A stretch of 64,000 nt of DNA from Cycas panzhihuaensis (GCA_023213395.1 CM041465.1:33549741-33613740), one strand, 5' to 3'; counted from the stretch's first letter, positions 38,801 through 51,889 are shown. The notes: generated by a model not told the origin, from the sequence alone. A program made the numbers and translations.

Positions 38801-39500
38801 TATTATCATAAGGTTTGGTTGTCCTTTGGAAATTGTGTCTGATCAAGGAGGAGCCTTCCTGAATCAGACAATCAAATATTTGACTATAGAATTTTTCATT
38901 CAACATCGAAGATCTTCACCATATTACCCTAGGGCAAATGGGCAAGTGGAAAGTACAAACAAAATTTTGAAGATCGCTTTGATGAAAATTTGCAATGGAC
39001 AACGAACCGATTGGGCAGAAAAATTACATTCAGTCCTCTGGGTAGACAGAACGGTAAAGAAGCGATCACATAAACAAACACCATTTCAATTGGTGTATGG
39101 ATTGGAAGCTGTCGTTCCTCTTGAATTTCAAGCAGAAAGCCTGAGAGTGGCACAATACCTCAGGACAAATCTCAAAATTTCCCTCGACCAGCGGTTGATT
39201 CAGTTAATGAAGCTGGACGAAACCCGACCACGAGCACTATGGGAATTAAGGATAGAGAAGAAAAGACGGAAAGCATGGCATGATCGCCACATCAAAAAGC
39301 CTGAATTTAAGGTAAATGATTTGGTATTATTGTATGATAGTAAGTTTAAATTTAAACCGGGAAAAATAAAAATTAGATGGCTAGGACCATATAGAATTCA
39401 ATCTATTTATGAAAATGGAGTAGTCAGATTAGTTAGCTTGATTGACATGACCATTGACTAAATTAGTCAATGGCAACAGACTAAAATTATATAGAATGTA
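35860..39500 (+). pseudogene. pol: F pol: protease, RT, RNase H, integrase (few lesions)
   Basis: VVDGGS*VNVL; 384-aa RT/RH ORF 36801-37955 with VFLDDW and VHVDAS; HHCC and DDE integrase 38114-39461. Confidence 0.96.
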
Positions 39501-39995
39501 ATAAAAAAAACAAAAAAATGGGGTAAAATCACTGTCATCAAAAAACAGTACGAAGGCGGTACATGGAAACGGGACACAGACAGCAGATACGACTAGTAGC
39601 AGCAATGTTATCAGCGATGGGGACAAAGTGACGGCAGTCTGATCGACGGCATTGACGGCAAGATATTGACGAACGGAAAATGACTGACGGAGATGAATCG
39701 ACGGCGGGAAAGTGATTGATGGACGGCGGGAGAATGAATTTAAAAGTGTTAATACGATGGACGGATGACGCAACCACTAATAACACCGTCATCATAATAT
39801 GAGTGCGGAGATCGTAATCATGATGATGATACAGTATGTTGTCAAATCAGAAAGACAAGGCAATAAAGCCTATAACGGCCACGACCGGTAGGATACCGAT
39901 GCTGGTTTTGGTCGCCCGCGGAATTGAAAGGCTGTTTATTGCCAGTACATTGTAGGTACTACAAATAACAGCGTAGCAGCCAAGAGACAGAAAAG

Positions 39996-41603
39996 ATGGC
40001 AGGTACAGTGGAAAGAATGGCGCCAGCAATTTTAGTCCGGGAGAATGATGATAGCCGAATTCGAGAAGAATGGATAGTAATCCCAGAAAACGATAGGAGA
40101 CGCCAACTACACCATCAAACAGAATTGCAAAAATTTGTGATGGTAGGAATATTTGGAAATACGGAGGAGTTTATGCAGAGAATACTTCCTTTGCTGGCGA
40201 AGTACCCGCAAATGGTGCAGATTACAGAGGAGGTGTTGATGACAGCCACCGGCCTGCCAAACAGGGGGTCAGAAATCCGTCGAGATACCTTATTATCTCG
40301 TGAAGAAGCAACCAGGATGATGGGAGCAGCGAGCAGCGACGCGACGTCAACAGGAATTCGGATTGCAGGGATAGAAGATTTGAATAAGCGCTTCATTACC
40401 CAGTTGATTTTCTCGAAAATCATACTTACGCAGAAGAATGCGTTTGCCCCGAGCAATTTGCGAACCATGCTTAATGAGATAGCCCAGGGAAGAGTGTTCA
40501 ACTGGGAAAAATTTGTAAAGCAAAAACTCTTGGATGCTTTACAGGCTATTAGGAGATCTACTAGACCAGTTCCTTTTTATTATGTTACAATCTTGCAGGG
40601 TATTCTTTTATTTTAGTGTCCTGGTATTAGGATGCCCAATGGAACGGAGCAGCAGTCCCCAACGAAAAGTTAGGAAGATGGGAAAAAGAACAAATACAAG
40701 TACAAGCTTGGATAGAAAAGCTATACCAAACAAATGAAATAGCGGCAAGAGTTCCACAGCCGACAACGCAGAAGGGGAAAGAGAAGGTCAACTGGGAACC
40801 GGGAGCAAGTTCCAGAATTAAAGACACGCCTACAATTGCAGAGGTAGCAAGCGAGGAACGACTTCAGGAAACACCTGAAGTGGTGGAAGTGAGGAGAGAA
40901 GAAAGCAGGCCCAAAAGCAGACAGTGTAAGTCTCAGAGTGTAAGAGGAACAAAGGTCTGTAGAAGAGAAGGAACATAAAGTCGTAACAGAAGAGGAAGTC
41001 ATAGCAAAAAAGAAACGGAAAGCTGTAGCGCAAGAAAAGCTAAACGAAATATTAGAGATTTTGGACAACCAACCACCGGAAGTGGAGTTTAACACAAGCA
41101 AGGAGGTACTAGAAGAAGGTTTAGATCCAATGGAGTGCGATGCACAAGACGTCACAACTTGGAAAACATCCTTTCTGGCAAAAGTAACCAGGCAATTGGT
41201 TACGGAATTGGAAAGCAGGGCCAAACCACCAGATGAATCTTTGAAAAAGATTCATCAGATCACGGAAAATAAGTTGGAATCCCTGAAGGCATTTATAATG
41301 GATTGGGTGGATGATATTCACGAAATCGGACCACAAGTGGCAGAGTTTCGAAGAAGATTCGACAAACACATTCCAGTGGACATGCAACCGGTCTATCATC
41401 GGCTGGGAGCATGGATCATAAAATCGGATGAAGATTCGGAGCAATGCAAGAATCTTTGGAAAGAACGTAAGGCATACAGGGAGCATTTGGAGTTAACAGA
41501 GAGGGTCAATATGGAACTGAATCAAGAAATTGACCGCCATAATCGGAGAAAAACCAACATTGGCCTTGCTAGATACAATGCAGGATGTTGCAATGTTATG
41601 TAA
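39996..41603 (+). pseudogene. F 3' accessory ORF: plant-mobile-domain-like N-terminus, acidic linker, coiled-coil-like C-terminus
   Basis: ITEEVLMTATGLPNRG...GRVFNWEKFVKQKL..PFYYVTIL; ORFs 39996-40616 and 41061-41603 are joined through frameshifts. Confidence 0.75.
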
Positions 41604-41756
41604 ATATTTGAAACAGAAAGGACTGAAGGTACCTCCTCACATTGCAGAACCAGAGATGGAATATATATGCCGCGAGAGAATAAAGATAAAGGAAAGAAGA
41701 AACTAAATTTTTTGTGAACGAGTATGCTACTGGTTCAAAACAGGCGGCCGAGAAGA

Positions 41757-42323
41757 TGTGTGTAGGGAAAGTAGTTGATTTTGCTTCACGAATCGCTACA
41801 GGATCGCCTGTGGTCGCTACAGGACTGCTACGACTACTACAGGCTGCTACGGAACTACTACAGAGCTGCGGCAACTACTACGCAAGGTGCGGTGATCGCT
41901 CGATCGCGATGATCGCTACGCGATCTGGGCGATCGCTACGCCGATCGCAGTGACTGCTACGTAACTACTACCCAGCTGCTATTCGGGTAGAAAATGGGTC
42001 TATCTGGGCAGCGGGCAGATCCATGACAATTAGAAGAAATAACATATTTTTAGGAAACAATTATGTAACGTCCATAATTTGTATATAAAAGTGGGAACCA
42101 CAATGTGCGGAACAGGATTCAGTTTGCATACATGTAATTGTAATAGTGTTGCGCCACGTGTTAGGGCAACCACTCTGTACTGTTCTAACAGGCGTCTGGT
42201 TGTGAGAGGATCAGACGCAGTGCCATGTTTCTGAATGAAAGCAATTCCGGATGATTTTACCCCCAACGTGTGTGTCTTTCTCTTGTAATTCTGTATGTTA
42301 CGAGTATGATTGAGGCACACACA
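41757..42323 (+). repeat. F 3' LTR
   Basis: Purine-rich GGCGGCCGAGAAGA precedes TGTGTGT; ends ACACACA. Confidence 0.93.
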
Positions 42324-42648
42324 AATTTCACAACCTTCACTTCATGAACTGTGAAGTTTTCATGATTATGCAAAGTTGCAAAGTCTTACATCCTCGCAAG
42401 TTTAAGTTTTTAAAACATTCTCTTGAGTAATGAGTTTTGCCTACCCCACAAAGTTGTGAGCCTCACTTGTTGGGAGTTGAAACAACAACCTCTACAGTTT
42501 CTGATGTGCCATGTGTCCTACAACATGTATAGATGACTCATTGTTCCTACCAAGAATCGTGTGGGCCCTACATGCCACATGTTTTCTTTTCAAGAGTCTT
42601 GTAGACAAAAACAAGACATTTGATCTAATAGATTATAGACCAAACTTG

Positions 42649-42713
<65 letters not shown>

Positions 42714-43375
42714 GGGGGTACAAGGTCTTTATGCCTTATGCATGAGCATTAAATGGAGACGAGTATTCTTCACTAGTGAGAAGTCTAAACTTTGATTGCA
42801 TTTATCTTTTGAACTAGCAGTGCAAATTTAGAGTTCCATAGCTCATTGGAAAGATCTAGGAGAGGTCTTTCCAACCATACACTTCTCCAGTTTTCTTGTT
42901 AGTTTTAATAATGTTTTTTCATGTCTGTGATAGTGTTTAAGTGCTTGTAGTGATGCATGTTTTGCTTGTTTGTCAACCTGAGATTCTTCGCAGAAGGGAA
43001 TTTTGTTGTGATAAAAGTGTGAGGTTTTTTCTTGCCAATAAAACAATGGTATTTTGTTGTGTTGAAGTGTGTATGACTGAATAAGGTGAGATGTCTAGGA
43101 AAATTTGAGTGAAGCACACTAAAAAAACGATGGGATTCCATGTGCAATTCATTGTTCTAGGTAGGAGCTCGATACAGTATCATGGTGGAATGTCTAAATA
43201 TGTAATGTGTTGCATGTTGTATGATAAATTTTTATAAAGCCATAGAGTAATTGGTTGCTTGAATTTTTTGTTTGCATGATATATTGTGTCTATGACCTAG
43301 GAAAGGGAGTTTCGAAAATTAAGACAACACTCGAACATTCATGTCACTTGGCCTAGCACAAGGGCGGGCTCTCCA
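42324..43375 (+). repeat. Probable remainder of the E 3' LTR
   Basis: Non-coding, follows F, and ends GGGCGGGCTCTCCA, resembling chromovirus LTR ends; no partner LTR in the window. Confidence 0.5.
42649..42714. repeat. (TA)n(GA)n compound microsatellite
   Basis: Directly visible. Confidence 0.97.
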
Positions 43376-44280
43376 GGTGGGTTTTTAAATGGATGGGCAA
43401 TGAATTGTTGTAAGCAATATGGTTGTTTGCACCAAGATAAGTGCTTATGTTCAATCTTCATGGTTGTTGTTATGTGTTGCAATTTAATAATGAAAATGGT
43501 TATTAAATCTATTGTGAGATGTTGCATGTGTAAATAAAATGATAGATAATTAGTAGTGGTATGATAAATCATATAGAGGTTGCATTAATATCCACAAGAT
43601 TGTTAACACAATGTGTAGCTCAGTGTTCTTGTGGTTTTACTGCGGGTTTAATGTGCTTGATGTCAAAGTGAAATTTTTTTTGCTTCGTTGCTTTTGAGTT
43701 AAAGACATGAAAATGGATCGTTACACTTGGTATTTAAACATAAACTATGCTGCTATTTTGCTATTAACTTGAGGCTATGCGAAGCAGGCTGTTATAGTAG
43801 TGGCATCGCCCAAAGCTAGTAGAGAACATAGTGGGGTCAGTTTTACCTCTGTAAGCTACTGTGGTTTGAAGGTAACTCCTACATAATGCCTAATAATGAC
43901 AGTCTCAACGATGCAAATTCTTGCAATTATGTTTTTTGGCACTTGTGATCTCACTGGAACCATTTTGGTCCTTCGAACTATCTCATAACTGAATCAAAGT
44001 AATGGATTTGGGCCCTAGTGGCACTCTAATACCACTTGTGATAGGCCTGAGAATATTCAACCCAATATTATAGAGAGAAAATGAAAAAATATTGATTAAT
44101 TAAATAACTAGTGAAAGTGTAGATGAAAGGGCTCACCCCAAGTGGGTTCAGAATCTAAATAATCAAGTAACTTCCAATGATGGGTAGCCTACTGCTACCC
44201 TACCTTTAAATAATCATTTTTACTATGTCGAGACCATAACAATTATGGATGAGGATGACATTAAAGGAGGTTTTCTTACA
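43376..44280 (-). mobile_element. Element J: 5' LTR (~44037-44280), PBS-Met and leader of a minus-strand LTR element
   Basis: ACTCTAATACCA (44023-44034), a 2-nt spacer, then TGTGA...TTACA; same architecture as C. The right LTR boundary is inferred. Confidence 0.55.
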
Positions 44281-44879
44281 TTATGAGGAGAGTCTCGCTA
44301 GTCTAGTACGAGCAATAAGTGACCATTCTAAACAAATTCAGCCACTACCCTCGACACCTTTCTTGTGCAAAATGGCTTGAGGAATAGTTTGTTAAAAATG
44401 AAACCAAGAATAGTATAAAAGGCAGATTTTTGGGGTATTTTCACCATTCCAACATTCCATAAGGCAAGAGAGTGCTAAGTATGAGGATTTTTCGCAAATT
44501 TTTAGCCAAAATTTCTTAAATTCAAGCCACGGTAAGGGTGCCCTCACAATTCAAAGTTGTCTAAATGGTTCTAGGTGTCTAAGTGAATGACTTGAGGAAC
44601 AATAAACATTCTAGTGTAGTTTAGCATCCTAGTAAGAATCCTATCATTCTTAACTAACATTCTGACAAGCATTCTAGCATTCTAATAATCTTTCTAGTGC
44701 AGTTCAACATTTTGATAATCATTCCATGTTATCTTTTGACAAAAACTTGACATTCTAACCATTCATAATCATTCCTCCTCCTTGTTTTCCCATTTCAAGT
44801 GTGCCATTTTCAAATTTCACATATAAAATTACCAGTAGAGCTAGTGGAGCCTTATTTGCTCTAATTGGGAGAAGAATTT

Positions 44880-46370
44880 ATGCGCATGATAGATGACTTC
44901 AAAGTGATAATGATTAAGGTAGAGTGCAGAAGATGTGTGTTGTTGCGATCTTTATACTAAGATAAAAATGTTAATGGAGACCATTGTAGGGTTGGTGGCT
45001 CATAATTTGGATCATGTAGAAATTTTAGCATATCTGATTTGGAGATTGACTAAGTTTCCTCACAATGGGAAAATGTCACTTGGGGATAAAAAGACATAGG
45101 TAGATTGGGAAATTATGCAAGCATTCTGTAAACCAGGTGCCCAATATTACTCTGGTAGCACCAATGTTGATGATCTATGAGATTGCCAACTCACTGGTTA
45201 GCCAAAATTCTTGTGACAAAGGTTTTGATAAAGACAAAGTACACTTAATGCCTTGAGGGTATATTAACAACTTTGCAAGAGGTCCACTAAGTCATGGTAT
45301 TTAATTGGAGTGAATTCTTGGCACAATCTATTAGGAAATAACCATAGGAACTTTAGGGAGAAAAACCAATGTTCAAACAACCCTCACTGTTGTTAGGGTT
45401 GTTGTTTGCACAAATACCTATAGCAAAACCTCTACAAGAACAAATTGAGAAAAATTGACCATTAATGCTATAATGGATAGGTGCATTTTCTTATGACATA
45501 AAATCTAAGAAAATGAGGTTGAGGGTGAATGCAACAATGAGACATATAATAGAAGGGTTCTAGGGAAGTGTGCCAAAACCATACCACCATAGGTCAAAGA
45601 AGAAGGCCATGAAGTATACACACCAAAAGGTTGAGTTGAATTAGAAGAGGAAATGGAAGAACCGTTAATAACTCCATCCCCATAGCTATCGCCAATACAT
45701 GGAGACCTAGGAGAGGGTACATCCCAAGAAAAGGATGTCATAGGCAACAAAATCCAAAAGATGAAGGAATGGTTGGATGAGATTCAGATAGAATAGGATA
45801 ATCAAGAGGAGAAAGTCATGACATTAGAATGAGCACTTGCGAAGAAAAAAACCATGGAAGTGGAGAATTTAACAAAATTGAATGAAGATATGATAGTTGA
45901 ATTCAAGCATACATTGCAATAGTTGTGAGGATGTACATAGAAGGGAAGCACAACTAGCCAAGTTGCAAGGGCAACTTGAGAGAATGGGTGGGAGATGGTG
46001 ACCCACTATTTAAAAAACAAAATTTTGCAGCAATATGACGTTTTTGGCCATTATTTTTTTATAGTTGAGCAAATATGCTCAACCTTGTTCAAGCCTCGAG
46101 ATAGATGTATGTATGGAAATTGGCACATGGGTGCTTGGAACAATTGGGAATGGCCTTAGGGATGGCTCCAACAATAAAATGGCAGAAGTGAGAGTGAAAA
46201 ACAAGGAAAAGCACACTTTCAAATAGTTAGAATCACTGTAAGACTTGCTGGAATGATTACCATTCAGTGATACAACTCTTAAAAAATGGTTAACAGTTTA
46301 CTGCAGAATGGGAACGACTAGAAGGGAATGGGAATGGTTACAAGGAGACGATTCTCCATCATTCCAATGA
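44880..46370 (+). pseudogene. G 3' accessory ORF (plant-mobile-domain-like), decayed
   Basis: LIWRLTKFPHNG; VFNWSEFLAQSIRK; PMFKQPSLLLGLLFAQ...L*WIGAF. Confidence 0.68.
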
Positions 46371-46856
46371 CTATGATGGAAAGTGTTCATATGATTGTAC
46401 AAATGTACGGAAAAGTGTTAATAATGAGTTGTAATTATGTTTTGTTCTAGAAATGTCAAGAGTTGTGTAATGGTTGTACCTTTTGGGTCAAAATGGTCAT
46501 AAAAGGGGTACAAATAGGCCATTTTTATCCTAATTTTGATGTGTAAACTGAATTAGTGAATCATATACAATGTTTTCAAGGGTGAGAGCCAATTCATCGA
46601 ATCATATGTAATGTTCTCTAATGTGAAAGATGAGCATTCAAGCATACCCAAAAGGTAAAGCATTCCTTGGCATTGTACTTGGCAATTGTTTAATGGAATT
46701 ATGAATTCCGTAAAAAAAACATATGTTTCTTGTGTTTTTTGTATGCTTATATATGTCATATATGTTTGTGTGTGTATAAATATTAACATACAATAAGTCA
46801 ACAACGTGTGCAAGGCTTGAGGACATGCCGAGGATGGCATCAAGGTAAAGAGGATA

Positions 46857-47484
46857 TGTGACCGAAGTGTAAATGGGCGGTTTCTAGGCAACCAGTATAC
46901 AACATATAAGTCAACAATAGGAAATGACAGTTCGATACAAAAAATGCAAGAAAAAAATGATTAATAGTTGAGGGTGATGAAGCTCCAGGAGCAGCCCAAG
47001 GGTAACGAAGGGGAAAAATAAACCCCCAAAAAAATTTAAAATGTAGCAAACTTTTGGCAGCGAGTGTGGCCAAGGACGCTCACCAATTTTACACCCTTGG
47101 AAAATATGGCCTGAAATGGTTGGTTGAGCGGATGTGAGCTGATGGAATAGATAATAGAACAATTGACCTGTGTCGACAAGCATTTGGCTGGGCTGATAGA
47201 ACGATTGGAACAACTGACATGAGTAACGCAACAGCCTGTTGAGCCAACGGAATGGCTAGTATTGCCTTGCAAAGAGGAATAACCCATGTAGGAACAGCCA
47301 TAACAGCCCATACATGAATGGCCCCTTAAATAGGAATAGGTCAGGAGAGGCACCGTACAATCTAATACGGTTGGCAAGTGTAGTCGTGTGTAGTTGTAAT
47401 TAAGATTTAGTTGTAAAGAGTCGTATAGTGATGTCGATCTGTGTAAAGACACATTTTTGATAGGTTAAATAGGGCATTCTCACA
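46857..47484 (+). repeat. G 3' LTR (candidate)
   Basis: Follows CTTGAGGAC..TCAAG and a PPT; 5-bp inverted termini; TATA-like CCTTAAATAG at ~47324. Confidence 0.6.
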
Positions 47485-47689
47485 CTAATGTTGAGGTGAG
47501 AGCCAAGTCACTTGTTCATATGCAATATTCTTTAGTATGAGAACTGAGTAATCCGAGTAGACATAACAGAATCTAGTATAATATTCTGCTTAACATCTAA
47601 TGAAATAATAACGGGTTAAATGGAATATGTATGTATGTATGTGCCCTTACCTGAATGCTTGAATGAATTTTAGAGTACGAATTGCATGA

Positions 47690-49667
47690 CTGAATGGTCG
47701 CTGGTACATCCCTCTTAGCCATTTAAGGCGCATCCAAGACACGGAGAATTGACACCGCCATGTGATTAACAGAGGCAGGCAATCGCGGGACAGATGGAGC
47801 GCTGTCCACCAGTCAATACTCCTCTCATTCGAGTCAGAAGTTTTTCCTCTGTGTTGCAGTTAGTGCAATTATTTGCGCCTCACCCCGTCTGAGAAATTAT
47901 CTATTTGAATCTAAAATGTTTTTGGGTGCCTTGCGCATACCAGATACATTTATCGTTTAATGATTATGTGCTCTCACATGTGGATGCTCGTTCATCACTG
48001 TAATACACTGTTGCAAGATTTCATTTCTGTTTGTTATATAGTCTTCTATGGGGTATTTAAAGCGATATGATCTTTGTTGCTTAATAAAGTATTTTGATAA
48101 CTGGCTATTTGCAGGTCTTATCTTAGCAGCATTGGGTCAGTTAGACTTCTATCTAAGAAACCTTTGAGCAGTAAATGCAACCGCTGCTAGCCTCACATAA
48201 AACCATAGAGAACTGGCTCAATATGATGTTAATAATATGCTTCAAGATGGCATGAAGAAAGCCCATGTTCCTGTTACAAATGAGAACGGAAATGACAATA
48301 CGAAAGGGTCTGGCAGCGGGGTTTTGAAGAAGAATCCCTGTGTATGTGGGAGCAATGCCTTTGTCAAAACCAGCAGAAGCCATGCGGGATGTAGGACTAG
48401 CATGTCTGCTACATTTAATGGTCTTGGTGATTAAGGTCTTTTAGCCCTTATTTTTGTTAAGGGTTGCCACTAAATGTTATTGCGTGGACGGAGTGGAAAA
48501 GCTTTTGGGTTTGTCTGTACCACAGACAAGTGGATCGACTGAGATGAGCTTTGTTGCTGTTGATGAAAATGCCACGTGAATTCTCCGGATTATTGTCCAA
48601 TTCTTACGTCAACATGGCTGTCAGGTCACATGGTATTGCAATTGAATTATGGAGTTCATGCTGATCTGTCACATAAATATGGGACGATCATATTGCAAAG
48701 TGTTTCACACTTTGATATTTTACTTTTCATGTTATTTGGTCATATTTGTTGTATGTTATAGTCATATAGTCAAAAGTCTTAGTTAACAGGTGCGCATTGT
48801 TTACAAAGATAATAGATATATTACATTTGGGCAAATCACTAAATCTGAAGTCTTTCCATGATAGCATGAAAATGACAAGTGGACGTACTGTGCTCATGGA
48901 AAACATATTTATACCTTAATCATATCTTTTGCAGTCTTAAACTGGCATCTGAACCTGCTGCTTGAAGGTCATGTAGCATTCACCAGACTGGGCTTCTTTC
49001 TGATCGAGGTCTGTATAGTTAGTGTTTTAAGCTAATGCCCTTATTTACTGGGGCGTTTCCGTGTTTGTACGTTATTATTGGACTGAGAACATATTGCTTC
49101 CCTTGTTCTTTGATGGTTCCCTTCTAAATATCATTACTCATTTATTTATGAGTTACATTTACTGGGAGATGTGATCTTTGTTGCAAACTTGTTTCCTTAA
49201 CTGTGACATGTTGTGCTGGGTATGTCACAAGTCCTGTTTTGAAAGGTTAATTAAACCACCCTAGTGCAGGATATTAGTTAATTGAGGGGACTACCAAGAA
49301 TATCAAATCTTCTACAACATTGGTGGGGTAGTGAAAGATTGACTGGTAGCAGTCCATTGTTGTTTTTATACTTGTACTAGCGTTACTACTCTGAGAGCTT
49401 CTCAGGGATGTCTCCTTTATGAAATTTGCCTAGATAGATCTGCACAAGGTCCTCAATGGTGACAGAAACTTAAATGTTTATTGGGTTGTACATCTTAATA
49501 GCCTCTTATGATTTAAATTAACTCTTTCTTGAATCTATGTACATTTCTTGAAAAATTGCTGGAAGAACTTTTTGCATAAGTACATCACATCTTCCATCCT
49601 TCATATTACTACAGTATAATTGATATAGGTGGGACAGATATTGCCCTCTGTGTTGGATCAAACTCAG
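47690..49667 (+). pseudogene. Non-TE island: spliced transcription unit or pseudogene with a response-regulator receiver-like segment
   Basis: CpG-retaining region at 47690-47890. Acceptors TATTTGCAG (48115), TTTTGCAG (48934) and TGATATAG (49628). Donors at 48625 or 48633, 49009 and 49668. Peptide MSFVAVDENAT*ILRIIVQFLRQHGCQVT (48544-48630). Confidence 0.45.
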
Positions 49668-51889
49668 GTAAATTTTATTTTGAAGGAAAATTTGGCACTG
49701 TTTATGTTACATTACAACTTTTTCCATCTCAATTCAATTCAAAAGGATTTGAGGGACCATGAAAACTGTTGCTCTTTTGTGAAAGTAGGTAGCATATTTG
49801 TATCTACGGCAGCATTGCTGACTATAAGTAGCAGGATTGCAAACAGAGTTAGATATGAACTCTAGGGCTGCACATCAAACTCAAAGGGGTAACATTATAC
49901 ATGCAATTCAGTGCTACTCTTATGGAGTGCCATATATGGTCATTTAAAACTGGAACATGTAAGTCAAATAGCCACTTAAATTGCAGTCTCAATCAAAGGC
50001 TGATTTGGGGCAGTATTTATTCAAGAGAAATACTAACTTCAGGCTGATTGCAGAAGTATCTTGGGTTATATCAACTATGTGAAATTTTCAATACTGACCA
50101 CTCATCTTTATCAATTGTTATGAGCACTTCAATAGAGTAGATAATAAAAGCATTACATTACATTACGTCAACAGCATTCAATGCCATTGAAAGTAAATCT
50201 TAGGGGACAAGTTAACCTTGTTCAAGTGCTTATCTCAGTTTTGGATTTTTAGAATCTTGTCAATTAAGTGTCTTTTAGATGGATGTAAGTTATGTATTGA
50301 TTGTATCGTATTTTTAAGATATGTATGTTTACAATTGCAAAAAAAAAAGGTGCCCTTCACAATACCACACCCAGTCATAAATGAGAGTTACCTTGGTCTT
50401 GATTATATCCCCCTATACCGGGTTTAGGACCATTGTAATTGCATTTTGAGTACTAGAGTTTGATCTTCTGTAGTTGTTTTGTATCGCAACATCAATTACA
50501 GTTTCTGAATATGGATTTAGCCGCTCGTTGCCATTGAGTTATTCATGGCTTAATATTCTAGTCTCCAAACAAATTGTTGTGAAATTGAGAGAGAACAAAT
50601 TGTTTCACTTTGTGTGTTCTTTGTGAAAGAGGGAGGTCATCAATTTCAAGAGGCTTGCTCCCGTTCTCTCGACTCTGCATGCACATTCGACATTTTGTCT
50701 GCCATTCGTTGTGGGAGCATTTTGAATGGATATAATCTGTAAGCGGGTTCCATCAAGTTGTTAGTTTACGTATGAAATCAACCAAAGATAAAAAATTAAT
50801 CGGCATATTGTTGGAATTGTTCTTGACATGGTCACAAGAATAATGACATCATTTATATCATTTTATTTTAGATATAATAATATGATCTAGTTTGGTATAC
50901 ATGGGGACGTCCCTAGGTAATAAAGTCCAAGAGATATTGCCAAATGCCATGGCTTGTGCATGGTACTTGCGTTTTGCTCTAAATCATTAGATGGTTTGGG
51001 GTATGAGTGCAAGAACTAGTAGTATTGGAGAACGTTGTAAGTGGTATTAGTGATATGTATGTTTTATGCAATGGTTGAGATGATGATAGACATCAAATTA
51101 GTTTGTGATGTTTCAATAATGAATGTATTATATTTGTTATGCAATGTTCTATTATTAAAGTATAGTTGCATCTAACATTCTCAAACAATTTTAATTTATT
51201 TGTAGTAGTAGCCCATAGCTAATTTGGTTTGTGCTTGTTGGGCTTATCATACGGTTGGACTAAAAATAATTGGGTTTTCATGAGATTGATGATATGCTTG
51301 GAATTGCATGGAGACAACAATAATACTTTTATAAACAACAAATCTAATACATATTTAATTTTCTCTATAAATTGGCTTAGCAATTTGCATAATTACCCTA
51401 GTTGATGCAATAAACCTCATTGTACTATGGATTCCCTTAATTGTATTGCAGGGGTTTCTATTGATAATCTTAATTTATTTGATCCATGCATCAATGTCTA
51501 CCTCTCATCATGTGTCGCTTAAATATATTAACATTAACCACAAATGAAAAACTCATAATAAATAAATTTGACCTAGACACAATAGACTATTGACAAGTAG
51601 TTATCAACTAAGGTCTTCTCACAACTGTCAATGATGAACAAGATGAAATATAAATGATTCACACACGTTGTCACAAGAATACTTAATGTTGCTATCATTC
51701 AATCCTCGATGAACAAGAAATGATATAGATGTCTTTCATACTCTCATAGAATATTTTAATATTGCTATATATGCTATAAAAATCATATATAAATACTTTA
51801 ATAATGGGTCATTAATGATTAGTTAAATGAGTTGTAATGATGCATTGGACCCTTGAACTAAAGGGTTCAATTGGCACCCATATGAAGCA

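Larger units (their letters stand above)
32478..42323 (+). mobile_element. Element F: near-complete non-chromoviral Ty3/Gypsy with 3' accessory ORF
   Basis: LTRs 32478-33052 (5'-clipped) and 41757-42323 (TGTGTGT...ACACACA). PBS at 33056-33068. gag-PR-RT-RH-INT order plus an extra sense ORF. Confidence 0.95.
44281..47484 (+). mobile_element. Element G: 3' portion (spacer, accessory ORF, 3' LTR) of an A-related Gypsy
   Basis: Accessory ORF homologous to that of A; PPT AAGGTAAAGAGGATA; candidate LTR 46857-47484 with TGTGA...TCACA ends. Confidence 0.7.

Noticed and set aside
39996-41603. Calling the 3' ORF an envelope gene
   Set aside because: No signal peptide or clear transmembrane anchor; motifs fit a PMD-like nuclear protein better.
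48561-48664. Possible C/D snoRNA (TGATGA...CTGA)
   Set aside because: No convincing terminal stem or recognisable rRNA guide; it overlaps the receiver-like coding signal and splice donors.
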